Below the pieces are notes generated by a model. That model saw only the letters and a program-made list of their open reading frames with translations. It searched no databases and was not told where the DNA came from. From NCBI GenBank assembly GCA_024704765.1, contig JAKMXF010000307.1:62001-126000 (forward strand): 64,000 nucleotides of DNA, in the 5' to 3' direction. The DNA is from Oopsacas minuta (lineage: Eukaryota; Animalia; Porifera). This document shows, in pieces, positions 41,678 through 55,029 of this stretch. The translations under genes and the position numbers were made by a program. Positions within the stretch are counted from its first letter, which is position 1; each line of letters begins with the position of its first letter.

Positions 41678-44600
41678 ATGGCATCAACATCTAAAAGGCG
41701 GAAAGTAGATCTTGAAAATCGCGTATTCAAGGAAAGTTGGACGGAGCAGTATTTTTTTTATCATGCAGGGAAGATTGCCCACCTGCCTTTTATGTGTTGT
41801 ATTTCTTGCTGTGATAAAGGAGTCCAATTTGAAGCGACATTACGAGATGAAGCATCCGAGAAATTTCGATTTTATTACAGGTGCCGCGCGAAGGAATAAG
41901 ATCGAATCCCTCCAAAGGTCTTTAACTGAGCAACAGAGTGAAATTTTACAGCATACTTCTGAGTTAAAAAATACTACACGTGCTAGTTTCGCTGTTAGCG
42001 AACTCATTGGGAAACGCATGAAACCTTTCACTGATGGTGAATTTGTGAAGGAGTGTCTTCTAAATGTGGTTGATATTATATGTCCAGAAAAAAGAGATCT
42101 TTTTGGTAAGATTAGTCTGTCTGCAAGAACCGTTACCCGAAGAATTGAAGATTTGTCTTCAGATGTCAGAACAACATTATAAGAGCATGCTCAACAATTT
42201 GAATTATATGCAATTGCACTTGATGAGAACACTGATGCAACTGATATTGCTCAGGTTGCAATTTTTGTGAGTGGAATCAATGTAACATTTGACATTACAG
42301 AAGAATTGGCAAGTTTGGTTTCACTAAAGGATACCACTACTGGTGAGAATATATTCCAAGGAATCATGAGTGTCGTAGGTAGCCTGGGCTTAAATCTAAG
42401 TAATATTTGTGGGGTAACGACAGATGGTGCTCCAGCTATGATCGGAAAGGTGAAGAGAGCAGTTTCTTTGATAGAAAAAGAAATGAGAAATGCTGGCATT
42501 GAAAGAAACTGGTAAAAACACATTGTATAATCCATCTCGAAGCCTTGTGCGCAAAATCTCTGAAGATGCAGGAAGTAATGAGGGTAGTCATAAAAATTGT
42601 GAACTTTGTGTGTGCAAGAGGATTATATCATCGTCAATTTCAGCATATGTTAGAAGAGATAGACAGCAAATATGGCGATTTGTTATATTATTGCGAAGTG
42701 CGCTGGTTAAGTAAAGGTGCAATGTTGCAAAGAGTTTACCAGTTGAGAGCTGAATTGACGAATTTTTTGAGGAAAAAGGGATGGAAGTTCCAGAGCTCAG
42801 TGATGCGAAATGGATGACTGATTTTGCCTTTCTGGTGGATATCACTAATCATTTAAATATGCTAAATTTGAAATACAAGGAATGAACCAGTTCATCAATG
42901 TCCTCTATGAACACATTTATGCATTTGAAGTTAAGTTACAACTATGGGAGCTTCAATTGAAAGAGAGTAATTGTATTCATTTTCCTATACTTCGTTCACA
43001 CCAGCCATATGATGTTTCTTGTTACGCTGAATTCATATCTGATCTCAAAGATCAGTTTAACACTCGATTCGCAGATATGGATAAGCATCGTAAGTATTTT
43101 AGCTACTTTGCCGCCGTATTTGATGTTGAAATATGTGACGCCCCAGAAAATTTACAAATGGAACTGATTGAGCTCCAAAGTTCGAGTGAGCTCAGATCAA
43201 GATTTCGAGATGTACCTTTACTCGAATTCTATCAACATTATATAACTCCTCAAAGATTTCCTTCACTATGAAACATGCAAAGTAAGTTGCAGTTCTCTTC
43301 GGGAGTAGATACGTTTGTGAACAACTCTTCTAGAAGATGAAATACGTAAAAAGCAGTTGTGAATACAGTTAAGCGAAAATCACCTAGACAGTGTGCTACG
43401 ATTGGCAACCTCTAACCTAAAACCACACATAGAGGCGCTATCTAAAGTAGGGCAGCATCATCCATCACATTAACATTAACATTAATATTTCTGTACGTCT
43501 AATTTTACAATGCAAAATATATATCATAACAAATGGATATTCTAAATCTCATCACGTAATACTTGTCTATTAATGGTACCGTGACCTACGTTATAATAAG
43601 GCCTGTTCACTAGTGCGATTTTTGGACCATGGATGTCGTTTAACTCCATTAAATTTTATTTCAAATAATCATGTATTTGATGTTATTCACCTAAATCGTG
43701 AACTTCAAAATTGTTCTTAAGCGATTTTGAAGACCATGGATGCATTTAAGTCCTTATTTTTACAATAAATATTATAGTTAGAGAAAATTAACTAAAATGT
43801 GAATCCATGAGATAAAATATTATTGGGTTTAATACTAAGCATATTTCAAATAGTGAGTGCCTGATAATAGTACAAAATAATAAATGATACGTATATTAAA
43901 GTGGTATGTGATAAGTTAATTAGGCTTCAATTTCTTTAATTTTCGAGTATTTTCGACACACGGTTTCAAGGGTAGCTGGGAATTCATGTCTTAATCTTAT
44001 TTGATATAAGACAGTTTGAAGTAGCAGTCAATAGTTTAGCTAATACATCTCACATGAGTGTACCACATTCGTCACACATCACTCTCCATACTTCAGCTTG
44101 TTCATCTTCTATAAGACTTGTTGTTAACTGTATCAGGATACTTCTAGAAGGACCGGTTATAAAGTTATTGAATATGCTTGGTTGACTCTCGATAGAAGAG
44201 AATACTTTCCATAGCGTAATAATTGCGTCTATGACATCACTACTTGGCCATTTTAGTGAGCCTCGGTCGATTATCTGAATTAATCGATATTCAGAATCTG
44301 AAGGTTCTTCAATTTCCATTTCTTTGTTTTCAGTGAGGAATAAGAGACATGATTGACATTTAGTAGAATGTTTGTAATAGGCATGCACTGAGTAGCCTGC
44401 TATAAAGGAGAGTGATTGGAGTATTTGCTTGTTTAATTATATCCCTGAATATCCCTGAATCGCCGAGAGATACATCTCCAAGCTGAAAGACGCATGGGAG
44501 TCTTGGTCACAAGAGGATGAGCACGATTCTAAGAAGTTCTTAAGTGATATGCTATCTTCTGCAGGCTTTTTCGAAAATAATTTGAGTATGCTGGACAACT

Positions 44601-47326
44601 TTATTCTCCGTTCTGTTTCAAGGACCTGGCAATAGCTAATGTGGTATTGTGCTCCTGACATCATCCTATACAAGCCAAAATGATGCTCAAGTGGATCATT
44701 TTGCAAGAACGAAGAAAGGACGTACGAATAGCCACAATTTCCAGTCAGATGGTTTACAATGCACGGGAGTGCAATACAAGAGTGACGGAAACTTGTAAAG
44801 GTTTGAGGACTTAATTTACTTCTTTTGTCAGGCATGACTCGCCAACATTCAGCCCAATCAACTACACGTTGAAGGAACATAAATCTGGTATCATTGTAGG
44901 TAAGTGGAACTGAAAATTCATCTTTGTGAAGGATACCCTTGTTCGGAGTATTGATGTTGAATATCTTCCAAACATTACAAATAATGGTAATAAAGTCTGC
45001 AGTCTGTGAATTTGTAGAAGTGTGGTATCGCGATTGGTAGCTAACGTTTAATGCAGCGGCTGTAGATTCATCAAATATCCTTAAAGCTAAAGAAACATTT
45101 TGTCGTTCTAAAGTGGAAGGCCAACAAGCTTTAGAGGTTAATCTTGGAGCTAATTTAGCAACAGAGTGTTGGTCACTTTTATATAATTTGCGAATTTCTT
45201 CGAAAACTGCAGTGCTCGCAACTTGTATGTTCTCAAAATCTGGATAAGTGAATGTTTTATTATAATCTATTTGGTTTAGCCAGTTATTACGTATCGATTT
45301 GATTATATGAACGAAGTCAAAAAGCAAAAACAATGGCCGGTTTGAGTCCATAGGGTGAGGAACAATATGCTCTAGAAGTCGGCTGGGAGAAAATAACTTG
45401 AAAATGTTAACGTTCATCGGGTAATTATCAGTACATAAAACGTGTACAGAGAGTCCACATGCTTCAACATCACGAATAACATCTTTGATGATAGGAAAGA
45501 GTACCTCAGCAGATGAGCTGGAACAGGGCAGTAAACGGACAATACTGGACCATCGTTTGGACAAACTTGATATCATGAAGGCAAAAACGGTTTTTGCAGG
45601 ATCAGTAGGATTCAAAGAAGATCTAATTATCTTACCTCCTTTGTATGTAAATGTGGATTTTACATGAATTTCATCCATCTGAATCACTTCATTTCGTTCC
45701 CATTTGTTAAACTGAGTGACTGATTGTTTGAGATTGTTGGTAAACTCAGAATCCAAACCAAAATTGGAATATAAGCGCTTTAGAGTAGAAAGGTGCGGCA
45801 ATGATAGACAGTCCAGGGATTGAAGATATCTATAACAAACTGGCGAGATAAGCTGGCATTTGAGGGACAAGACAAGAGTTTCGATGTTGTATCACCTCAT
45901 AGTTTTCGCGATCAAAGCGTTATCCAATTGGCATAGAATAAACTGAAGACTTGATAATAGAGGCTGTTGGTTTCCAGATTCTTCTCCAGTTGAAAGGGAG
46001 TCAATAGCTTTATGAATTCTTCCGGTTGCTTCTCTGACATGGTGTTGGAATGTTTCAGGAGAATTAGTAGGGGCAGAATGGTTTTCAATTTCTTTAAGCA
46101 AATCGTTAAGTTGACGAATATCATTTATCTGAGTGAGACAAAGAGGAACGCGTATACCTTCGTAGAAACCCATAGTATGTAATGTTTCGGTAATAGTTAA
46201 CGAGCATCTAATTGGAATCAAACTGTTATTCGTTATAGAAGGTTTGAGTAAATTAAAGGAATTATCATCAGAAGACCAAACTAACCAATGATGGCAAACC
46301 CGAGTGCTTCGTTTTGGATACCAAGTCTTCCAGTGTGGTAATCTGAAAAAGTTCTTTGTCTTGGTTATACTGTAATAGACTCTCATTTATTGCAGTATCA
46401 ATCAAATGCTGTTCTCTCAGAGATCTATCAAATCTCGGAGGTATGGTGTCAGATGACGAAGAGAGATGAAGTGGACATCCAGGTAGAAATCTTGGCACTG
46501 CATCCTTCTGCAATTTAGGCTTAGCTGGCACTTCTAAGTATGTTCCATCTGGTTGATGGATAGAAAAACTGGTCTGAATTTCTTCGTCGAGGAAATGTTT
46601 TGAGCACACAAACACATTCTTTAAGTCTCTGATACCTTCTCTACAGAGCGCTCGATGCCAACGATTGACAAGATCAGGTGGACCATTTGGCAACTTAAAG
46701 ACTGGAGTATAAGGTTCTCCTGCGTAATTACTCCGACATCCGGGGGCAGAACACCTGTTGGGCATGACAAGCTAATTGAAAGTATGAAAAGGAGAAATCG
46801 AGAGGTAGATTAAAGAAATGCACATAACTGATAGAACAGGGTGGAGAGCGGCATTACAGAGATAAAAGCTAAGTTGTCTAAACAACTTAGGATAAAAGTA
46901 CAAGAGGACAAGGTACAACGGGTGGTGAGTACGTAAATGTATTGTTTCAATAAATTGATTGTAACAAAAAGGTTGATTCATAAATTAATATAAATATTAT
47001 GGGTTTCTAAGAAATACTTTTTACAAGCCTTCAACGACATCCATGGTCTTTAAAATCGCTTAAGAACAATTTTTGAGTTCACGATTTGGGTGAATAACAT
47101 CAAATACATGATTATTTGAAGTAAAATTTAATGGACTTAAACGACATCCATGGTCCAAAAAATCGCACTAGTGAACAGGCCTTATTATAACGTAGGTCAC
47201 GATGGTACTTAATCAATCGATTAATTACTAAAATCTAAACGATTTTTCGAAGGCATCCCATCTGGCCCGCAGTCTTATGCAATTGGTCTATTTTGGCCCG
47301 TTGGCGGGGAGGTTTGCCGGCCCTTG
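41678..47326 (+). mobile_element. SPIN/GTF2IRD2-like hAT transposase pseudogene (41678-~43370), 3' end split by the P-like element; left TIR not found
   Basis: MASTSKRRKVDLENRVFKESW, KESNLKRHY, KPFTDGEFVKEC, IALDENTD, TTDGAPAM, HCIIH, EVRWLS; right terminus GGTTTGCCGGCCCTTG ends at 47326. Confidence 0.93.
43580..47201 (-). mobile_element. P-superfamily (THAP9/Galileo-like) transposon, 3622 bp, near-intact transposase pseudogene
   Basis: About 160-bp TIRs starting CGTGACCTACG; 7-bp TSD ATGGTAC (43573-43579, 47202-47208). THAP domain (C.APGC...W...VCSKHF...AVP; 46268-46765); core QMDEIHVK, CTDNY, FDFVHIIKSIRNNW, QNDPLEHHFG; C-terminal FIAGY. About one frameshift plus two in-frame stops. Confidence 0.95.
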
Positions 47327-47529
47327 TCGTTGATGATCGATAAACCCTTTAGCTTAATTACAATGTCGGACAATTATCTTCTAATTGTGGTATATGTAAA
47401 CAAAACGAATACATTATTGTTGCTGTATGAATATTTCATCCCTAAATTCCCCAAACATCTTTTTAAATTTTCTTTTTATGGCCTCACGTTACAACTACTA
47501 AAAATCGTCCAGCCCTAATTTTTGAGGAT

Positions 47530-48057
47530 TATTTATATGGATTCGACACATCAAATGCAAGCTATACGAAAAAGAGATGGTGGTGTCGTGCTCAAGATAG
47601 CTATGAAAGTTTGTATTCGGATATTGATCTAGATATTCAAACATTGAGTTGTGTGCTACTCACACAGACCATTGTTTTCCGAACCCTGAGAAGAGAAGTT
47701 GAGGGAGTTATTTCTGATCTTAAGATGAAAGTACGAACTCAAGTAAGACCAATTACTGTATAATATGATGAATCTGCACCTATACTTTCACAAAATCTTA
47801 ATGCTACTTCCGGATTCAATCTGTTCAAACAAATTGACTCTTCACCATACCGTGAAAGGCTTAGTTTTTTCCCCACACTTCCCATCTCGCGAACGGGGTT
47901 AGTTATACCCAATCATCTACAAAAGACAGTTGCAGGATGTAATTTTCTTATTTTTCTTCAACTAATATCGATTTAATCATTTTCAGCACAGAAGCAAACA
48001 TTCGAAAGCTATCTATCAAGTCTCATTGGTGTGTGATGGGACTTTTAAGAGTGTACC
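47530..48057 (+). pseudogene. MULE/Mutator transposase relic
   Basis: Manual translation FKQIDSSPYRERLSFFPTLP, LIIFSTEANIRKLS and VCDGTFKSVP (MULE first catalytic Asp motif) ending at the next element. Confidence 0.7.
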
Positions 48058-48811
48058 CATGGCCTACTTAATTTACGACAATATTTGTCAACGAGAAGGC
48101 TATAAAACGGTGAGGAAATTTGTAATTTCCGTTTTTGGGTAAATGATACTTTAGATAACCAGTATTATGGTTAATATAGGGGGTATAGTGGTATTGCGAA
48201 TCCAAAGGGACCATTTTTGAGATTCCTACATTTGTATTAACCAAAGTAGGCGCCATTTAATGATGATGTCAGAAATAATTACCAAAAATAGAATTTTTTC
48301 GAACCGAAATACAGTAACTTTCCATTGATACATTATAGTGTTTTTAGATAAAAGAATAGAAAAATAATACTTTTCATATTTTCAAAGATTTTGACTTTCC
48401 GAAATTTCAAATTATTCTTAATCAACGACACATATAAAATGCATTTTCTAAGCAAATTTGCATTTTTGCTTCCACACAAGAAATTCACCCATATTTCCTG
48501 CTTTTTCTAGTCATTCATATTAAATATCATATTCTACAAGTGTTTTCCATTTTGATGGTGTGAATTTAGGTCTCAAATTCTATATTTAGTGTCCTTGTCA
48601 CGTCATCTTTAAATGGCGCCTAAATTGGTTAACCACCAATGTTGGAACCCAAAAAATGGCTCTGTTGGATTCGCCTACTACAATACCTTCTTTTCAAGCA
48701 TAATTAGTTGTTATGCAATGTATAATTTATCCGAGAACGGGAATTTAAACTGACGTCTTCGTTCTATAGCCTTCTAACTGACAAATATTCCCGTATATTA
48801 AGTAGGTCATA
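48058..48811. mobile_element. Old MITE with ~200-bp diverged TIRs and P-like termini
   Basis: Left CATGGCCTACTTAATTTACG...AGAAGGCTATA...TAGGCGCCATTTAA; right arm is its inverse (TATGACCTACTTAATATACG on the minus strand). TSD not recognisable. Confidence 0.7.
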
Positions 48812-49132
48812 GTGCCGTAATATACACACTCAGCCTTTCTCCATTCATGCCTTCGAGGGCGACAAACTCATTCCACTACTTATGAAGACAACAGGCCTCT
48901 TCAGGAAGATTTAAAGTGTGAAAATACTATCCCAATGGATCAAATATATTTTAATGACCAATAAGTTTTTGAGTTTTCAAATTCACTGAAATTGTATCGT
49001 GTACGTGTATACCCAAAAATTTCTTGTGTACGCGTACAAGAACGCATATAAACTGATTTCTCTATTATTCTGCTACATACATAGATATATATACATTTGA
49101 GTAATTAAAAAAAACTAATTTTGAAAGGTTGA

Positions 49133-49680
49133 TGCCTCACCCCAAACAAAGTTTCCTTTATGTGGTGATGAATTACAGTGCAGATTTAGTGCAAATCGGA
49201 GATATTTTAGTGTTCTCGCAATACAATACATGATCTACACTGAACACCCATGTAAAAGTCTTATAATCCTGGTTTGGGCCATTTTCGTTACTTAATGACT
49301 ATCTAGAACATAGTGGGTGAGAAATCGAGTTATCTGGGGGTGGATTCATGTCTGACGTTTTTTAAGATATCGTCGATGCTTAGTTATACATGCTTCATAG
49401 AGGCTGCACTTTCAGAAAACACTTCCCTCTCCATATCTAAAGGCTATGCATTTTATCCAATCAAATCCACCCTAAGATTACCCGAATAGTTACTCAATAT
49501 GTTCTAGATTGTCATCTAGTAACCAAGATTGACCTAAATGGGGACTATAGTATTTTTTCTATGGGGTATTCAGTGTAGATCTTATAGTATGTTGCGGTAC
49601 TCCTAAATTAACTCTGATTTTATTCAAATTTGCACTGGAATTCATCAACATATGAAGGAAACTTTTTATGGGGTGAGGCA
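49133..49680. mobile_element. MITE with ~130-bp TIRs
   Basis: TGCCTCACCCC...AAAGTTTCCT...GATCTACACTGAA / TTCAGTGTAGATC...AGGAAACTTT...GGGGTGAGGCA; flanks TTGA / TTAA. Confidence 0.7.
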
Positions 49681-52600
49681 TTAACTTTCTAAATGTGTTT
49701 TTTAAATCATCCTGATTTATATACAGTAACCGAGCATAATTCTTTCAGGACAAATAAAATTACAGTTACATATCCTGGCTATACAGCGATTATTCGAAAT
49801 TCCATACTAGAATATACATTAAAGAATTATATAACTGTTTGGTTACAATATTCTGACTATAGCCATGAAAATTTCATAATTAGATATTTTATGTTCATAC
49901 TTTGCTCATTAAATAAATAATGAGCTAATTACATTTTCATTTCAAAATTGCACAAAGCACAAATGGGATGGAAACATAGCATATTTGAATTTTAGGGGAC
50001 TGTGTAACCCCAGCATGAAAATTTCGAAAGTTTACAGCAATATTTTGACGAATTAGCATTTTAATATTTGTGCCACAAATGGCACTTAAAAATGTATGTA
50101 CACCATTTCATATGTGCTAAAAATGCTACAATAATCGAGATATTTCCAACTATACAAATATTTGCAAGTCAGCTTATAGAATCTCAGATGATTCTATACT
50201 GTATTCCATTCTGGTGTCAATATTCAGTAATGTGCAACTTTTGCCCCATGTGTCATAAATATTAAATGCTAATATGTCAACGAAATATGCTCTACACAAT
50301 TCGAAATATATATAATGGGGTTAACACAGATCTGTAGAACTCAAATATGTATCAGAATTGTTCCATCTCATTTGATTTTTGTGCAATTATGAATTGAATA
50401 AGTAATTAGGTAATGGCTATCAAATATCTAATTATTAAAATTTTCAGGGATCTAGTCAGGATAATCTTAACACAGTCATATAGTTATTCCAGGTATATTA
50501 TCATATGGATATTCAAAATTTAGCCGTATTGTTAGGATATGTGATTGTACATTTGGTTGTGTTAAACTACTTATCTCGGTTAGTCTATATTTATAATTAT
50601 GCCCTTCTATTTTAAGATTCTGCGAGGGCATCACGGGCTGATATTGTCTGTCAAATCTGTCTCTAATGTAGACATGCCAAGAAATATACAAGACATTTAT
50701 ACTATCGTATAAGAAAAGGTGAGGTTTCTCTGGATGATATTTCTGAAATTATGTTTCAGAGAGTGGATTTACAGGTTAGATTCTCGTGATATATATTCCT
50801 TTTGAAAACTGGAATTCGCCTCAAGGTTGAGCGATGCAGGGCTGTTGTTTTTGATTTACACAAACATTTGACGCAGGTACATTGTCTTGTAACCTCTGAT
50901 CCTGCATATGTCAATGTTTTGCAAATTCTGAAATTGTACAGAGACAAGTGTTTTTAAAATACAGGAAGAAAGTTTCATCATATAGCGATTTGAATCGAAT
51001 AGTTAGATTAACAACCGATCTAGTCAATCATATTACTAAGTCTTCTACAAATTGTTATTCCGATAGAGTGCATACCGATATTGATGTGCTAAATATCGAT
51101 GCAGACTCCACTTCCTTTTATTTTGCTCCAGGTGTTGATGATGTTTCCCAAGATGCATCTTTCAGCAATTTCTTTGTCCAACAGGACATCAACAAAAACT
51201 ATTTATCAGAATTTTTAGATGTCATTACAGCTTGTCGTCAATACTAATCGATATTCATGGTGGCTTTAGATCCTGGCTAACTTAATCCATTTCTGTTGGG
51301 GGAAGAATCCTTTTTCGAGATTTCAAAATTGAATGAACACTTTAAGTTTGAGCTGAAATCCCAAAGTCTCCCTCTACATTGTCTTCAAGACTATTATCCT
51401 TATCCCGCTTTGTGTAATTAAGTATTCAGGCCTCACATACCTCCTCTCTCTAGTGGTAATGATTTTGATGAAGTCGTATCTAACATCAAAGGCAAAATAC
51501 TCTCAATTGAACAATTCAAAAACGGCGACAACAATCCATTGTGGCCCAAATCCGTAAAAGTATACATGTACTGTAAAAGCTCCCAAAGAATGGGGCAGCT
51601 GCGGGAGGAATATAAATTTGATCATTTTCACATAGTTTGAGGATTCCACACAATATTTGCTAACAGAGAAATGATTACATATGAGGGATTTCTTAATCAC
51701 CGAATTAACTATTCCAAATGGCGTCCGACCTTGGTGTTGTAAGCGGCGGTATCTTTGAGGAAATACTTACAGCTGAAACTGAAATAACTAGGGAGGGATA
51801 CAATAAAGTTATGTTCTCGAAACGCAAGACTAGATATACATATGCACTACATTATTCATTTAACATGTGATTTACAGCGCTTAAAACTTTTGTTTGCAAA
51901 GTTCTCCAACTACTTCCTTAAAATATTCTTAATCCCCAAAAGATTATCACCCCAATTCAATGTCTTATACTAGGTTACAATCCCATCCTCTGGAGTGACG
52001 CGTATTTTGAGAGTTCATCTATCTTTAATTGTGATTTCATATCTGGATCGATTACCGACTTCAGAAAGGCTGCCACTACACTAACTGTAAAGTACGACCC
52101 TGATTATAAGATGTCAGGATGTCTTTATTCTTGGACATAGTAGAACAGAGAGATTAGAATATTATCAGAATAATCTTTCGCTTCTAGGAATTCCGACCTA
52201 TTCGACACAAAATTTGTCTAATCCTCTTGACTCTAATTTTAACTCAAGTACTTTCCAACCTTTTCCTCTCGAAATCAATCTTTCTCCACTATACATTCAA
52301 GCAAATCTCTCCTTTTATTGCCTGAAACTACGAAAACACATTACAATTGTCGAATACTTTTTCAACTTCCGATGCAGAATATTCAGATTACATTCTATCT
52401 ACTTCTGGATTAGTCAATCCACTTGTGAAGTACGAAAACAATTGATATTCCAATATCCCGATTTCCTAATTCTTCTAAACCACTATCAGGTTATTGTTGT
52501 ATATGCATTCCAAACTCAAGCAGCCTTAAAATGAGAATTTGTATTGGAAGATTTTTACAATAAGCACACGTAGAAATCTCTTCAAAATCCTCTCTATTGA

Positions 52601-55029
52601 TTGTTCTATGGACTAAAACCTTGGGCCAGCTGGGACTTCTTGTTCCATGGCCATAATATATACGAGGGACACAAAATGAAATCTTTCTACATTTCATCAG
52701 ATCTTTTCTGATATTATTCATCAGTTTAGATCAGGGATTTCTATAAATAAGAAGTGTGGTTGGGATATTGCAAATGATTCAGTTGACTGTATACCTGTAC
52801 TTACAGGCCTTAGACAACATTTTTCGAATAAAATAATTTATAGACCATTTTAAGCATGATAGAACACTAAAAACACTCCATCTTCAGTTCAAACACGAAA
52901 AGAATTTGAGCGTTACCTCAAATCATCTTATGTAATGAAACGGTTGACAATGTTATTCAGACGATATAATCAAAAGAATAAATGAAGGTTCGTGCCGTGG
53001 TAGATCCAGACTATCAATTTTGAGCCATGAGATTTATTTATCGTTTCTATTCCCAAGCTTTGTTCTTTTTTCTTTAGTTTTTGAATCCTACTATTACAGA
53101 ATTTTCGTAAATACATAAACATTACAATTTTCCACAATTTTGTCACTTTATTGAATTATTTTCTCCATGGCAACCTTAGGATAGCAATCATTAGGATTCA
53201 TAATCTTGATAACGTATTCCAATATCTTTATTTTACTCTCTTGTTATCACTCATATCTGTACAATTTTATTTACAGTTGTCCTAGTTATATATGCCTCAA
53301 ATTGTGGGGTCCTTATGAAAAGCAAATCAAATATTTAGAAAGTAGCTCACTATTCAATTGTGGTGTTAAGCGGACTCTTCCATAAATCGACTAGAAATTG
53401 TGATTTAGTGAACTAATTGTTTCGTTTTCTAACCCAACGCGTTTTAGGAAGCGTAAATACCAGAATCTTGCTTTGAGTCCTAGAATTGAGAATTCTACAA
53501 GACATCACCAAATGTGTATCAATTTGATTAATCACTTTTATATTTACAAACGTAGCGAGAAGGTTGGATGATGAGCTCACTAATAATTTGCCTAAATACC
53601 TTTTGATGTGCTCAAGTATTTTCTTATGAGAATTGATGAGCATCATAATAACTCATCTATTTTGATGAGATATTCTAGTTGGAAAAAGTGCACTAATTTC
53701 AACCATGTAGGCTATCGTAATAAACCAAATTGAAAAAAACATTTCTCTTTACACCATTTTGCTTATCAAAATGAATATATTTTAACCAATGTTGTAACCC
53801 AATAGTTCTATATTGTGTCCAACCCCAAAAGTTAACGTTTATTTTATAACCGAATGTCTGAATTAAGTTTTCTGCAGATCTATATCGAATAATTTCAGTA
53901 TACGTTAAGGCAACTATTCATGAATAATGACACTCGGTTCCAGCTGTTTCAACTTTCATTCTCACCAGATACTGTATAAACAGTGAAACATAACTGCTAG
54001 CTCGAACAGTAATCCTATTAAGTATTCAGCAATTTTGATTATGGCCATCCAAAGTTTTGTATAAATTCCTGAAATATTCTCTTACATCATAGTTAGAACA
54101 TAGTGTCTAATTTTATTGTTTTTATATATCTCAAAAATCCTATAAAATTTGGTTGACAAAATATTGCTTTCCCCAAATTTCATACTGTTTTTCTTGAGAT
54201 CTAAACGATATCTCAAAAAATTTCTGAAATAGGTTTCAAAATGTCTTGACCTACCAGCTAATTGGGATAATCTTTACTAACCAGATTTTAGGCTCTGACA
54301 GAGGTTAATTAGACTGCAAAAAATTTAACAATAGTTCCTATTTCGTAAAATTATTGAAATACCAATTGATTAAACATGTAACTATATTTCTGAATTGAAA
54401 TTAAAGTAGTAAGTACCTATGTGGCCACTATATTGAGTCGTTTTATTGTTTGATGTGGATATACTCCAATATATCAAATTAATAAGAATACAAGAGGGTG
54501 CCTTCAGCGAACACGAAGTGTTCGCAAGCCACGTAGCCTAATTTAGCGACCCTGGCTTGTATGATAAATGTATGATAAATGTATGACACTCATATTTGAC
54601 GGTGAAAGCCATTTGGGACTTTGAATTGATAAATGTATGAACGGTTTGAAAGAATGTTGCTATATTTTCTAAAGTCCTTGGGCTGAAATCGAATTACGAA
54701 TACACATAACTATGACCAAACAAAATAAAAATAATGATGTCATACATCGTTATGATTAATTGACTATTATCACCACAATCATTTATATTAATGTAACAGT
54801 ATACAGTGGAACCTCTAAAGTTGATTGGATAAACGGGTGTGTCTGGAACAACACAGTCCAAATGAACTTATTTAAAGTGGGTTTTGTCAGGAGTGGAGTT
54901 TGGGGTGGCCTGCTAACTATTAAAGCGCAGTTAATCTATATACATTTTCTGCCTGACCAAAAGTATTGGGACATTGTATAAGCCAATAATACGTTGAAAG
55001 TTTCTATGCAATTGCAGAGAGTAGAACTC

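Noticed and set aside
37769-47326. Single composite macro-transposon mobilised as one unit
   Set aside because: The outer 8-bp flanks (GTTTAGAT versus TCGTTGAT) are not a duplication, so there is no evidence of joint transposition.
50600-53400. Possible degraded non-LTR or Penelope-like retroelement
   Set aside because: Only faint hints (IFLKLCFRE, SGISINKKC); no convincing YADD/YVDD or endonuclease motif could be reconstructed.
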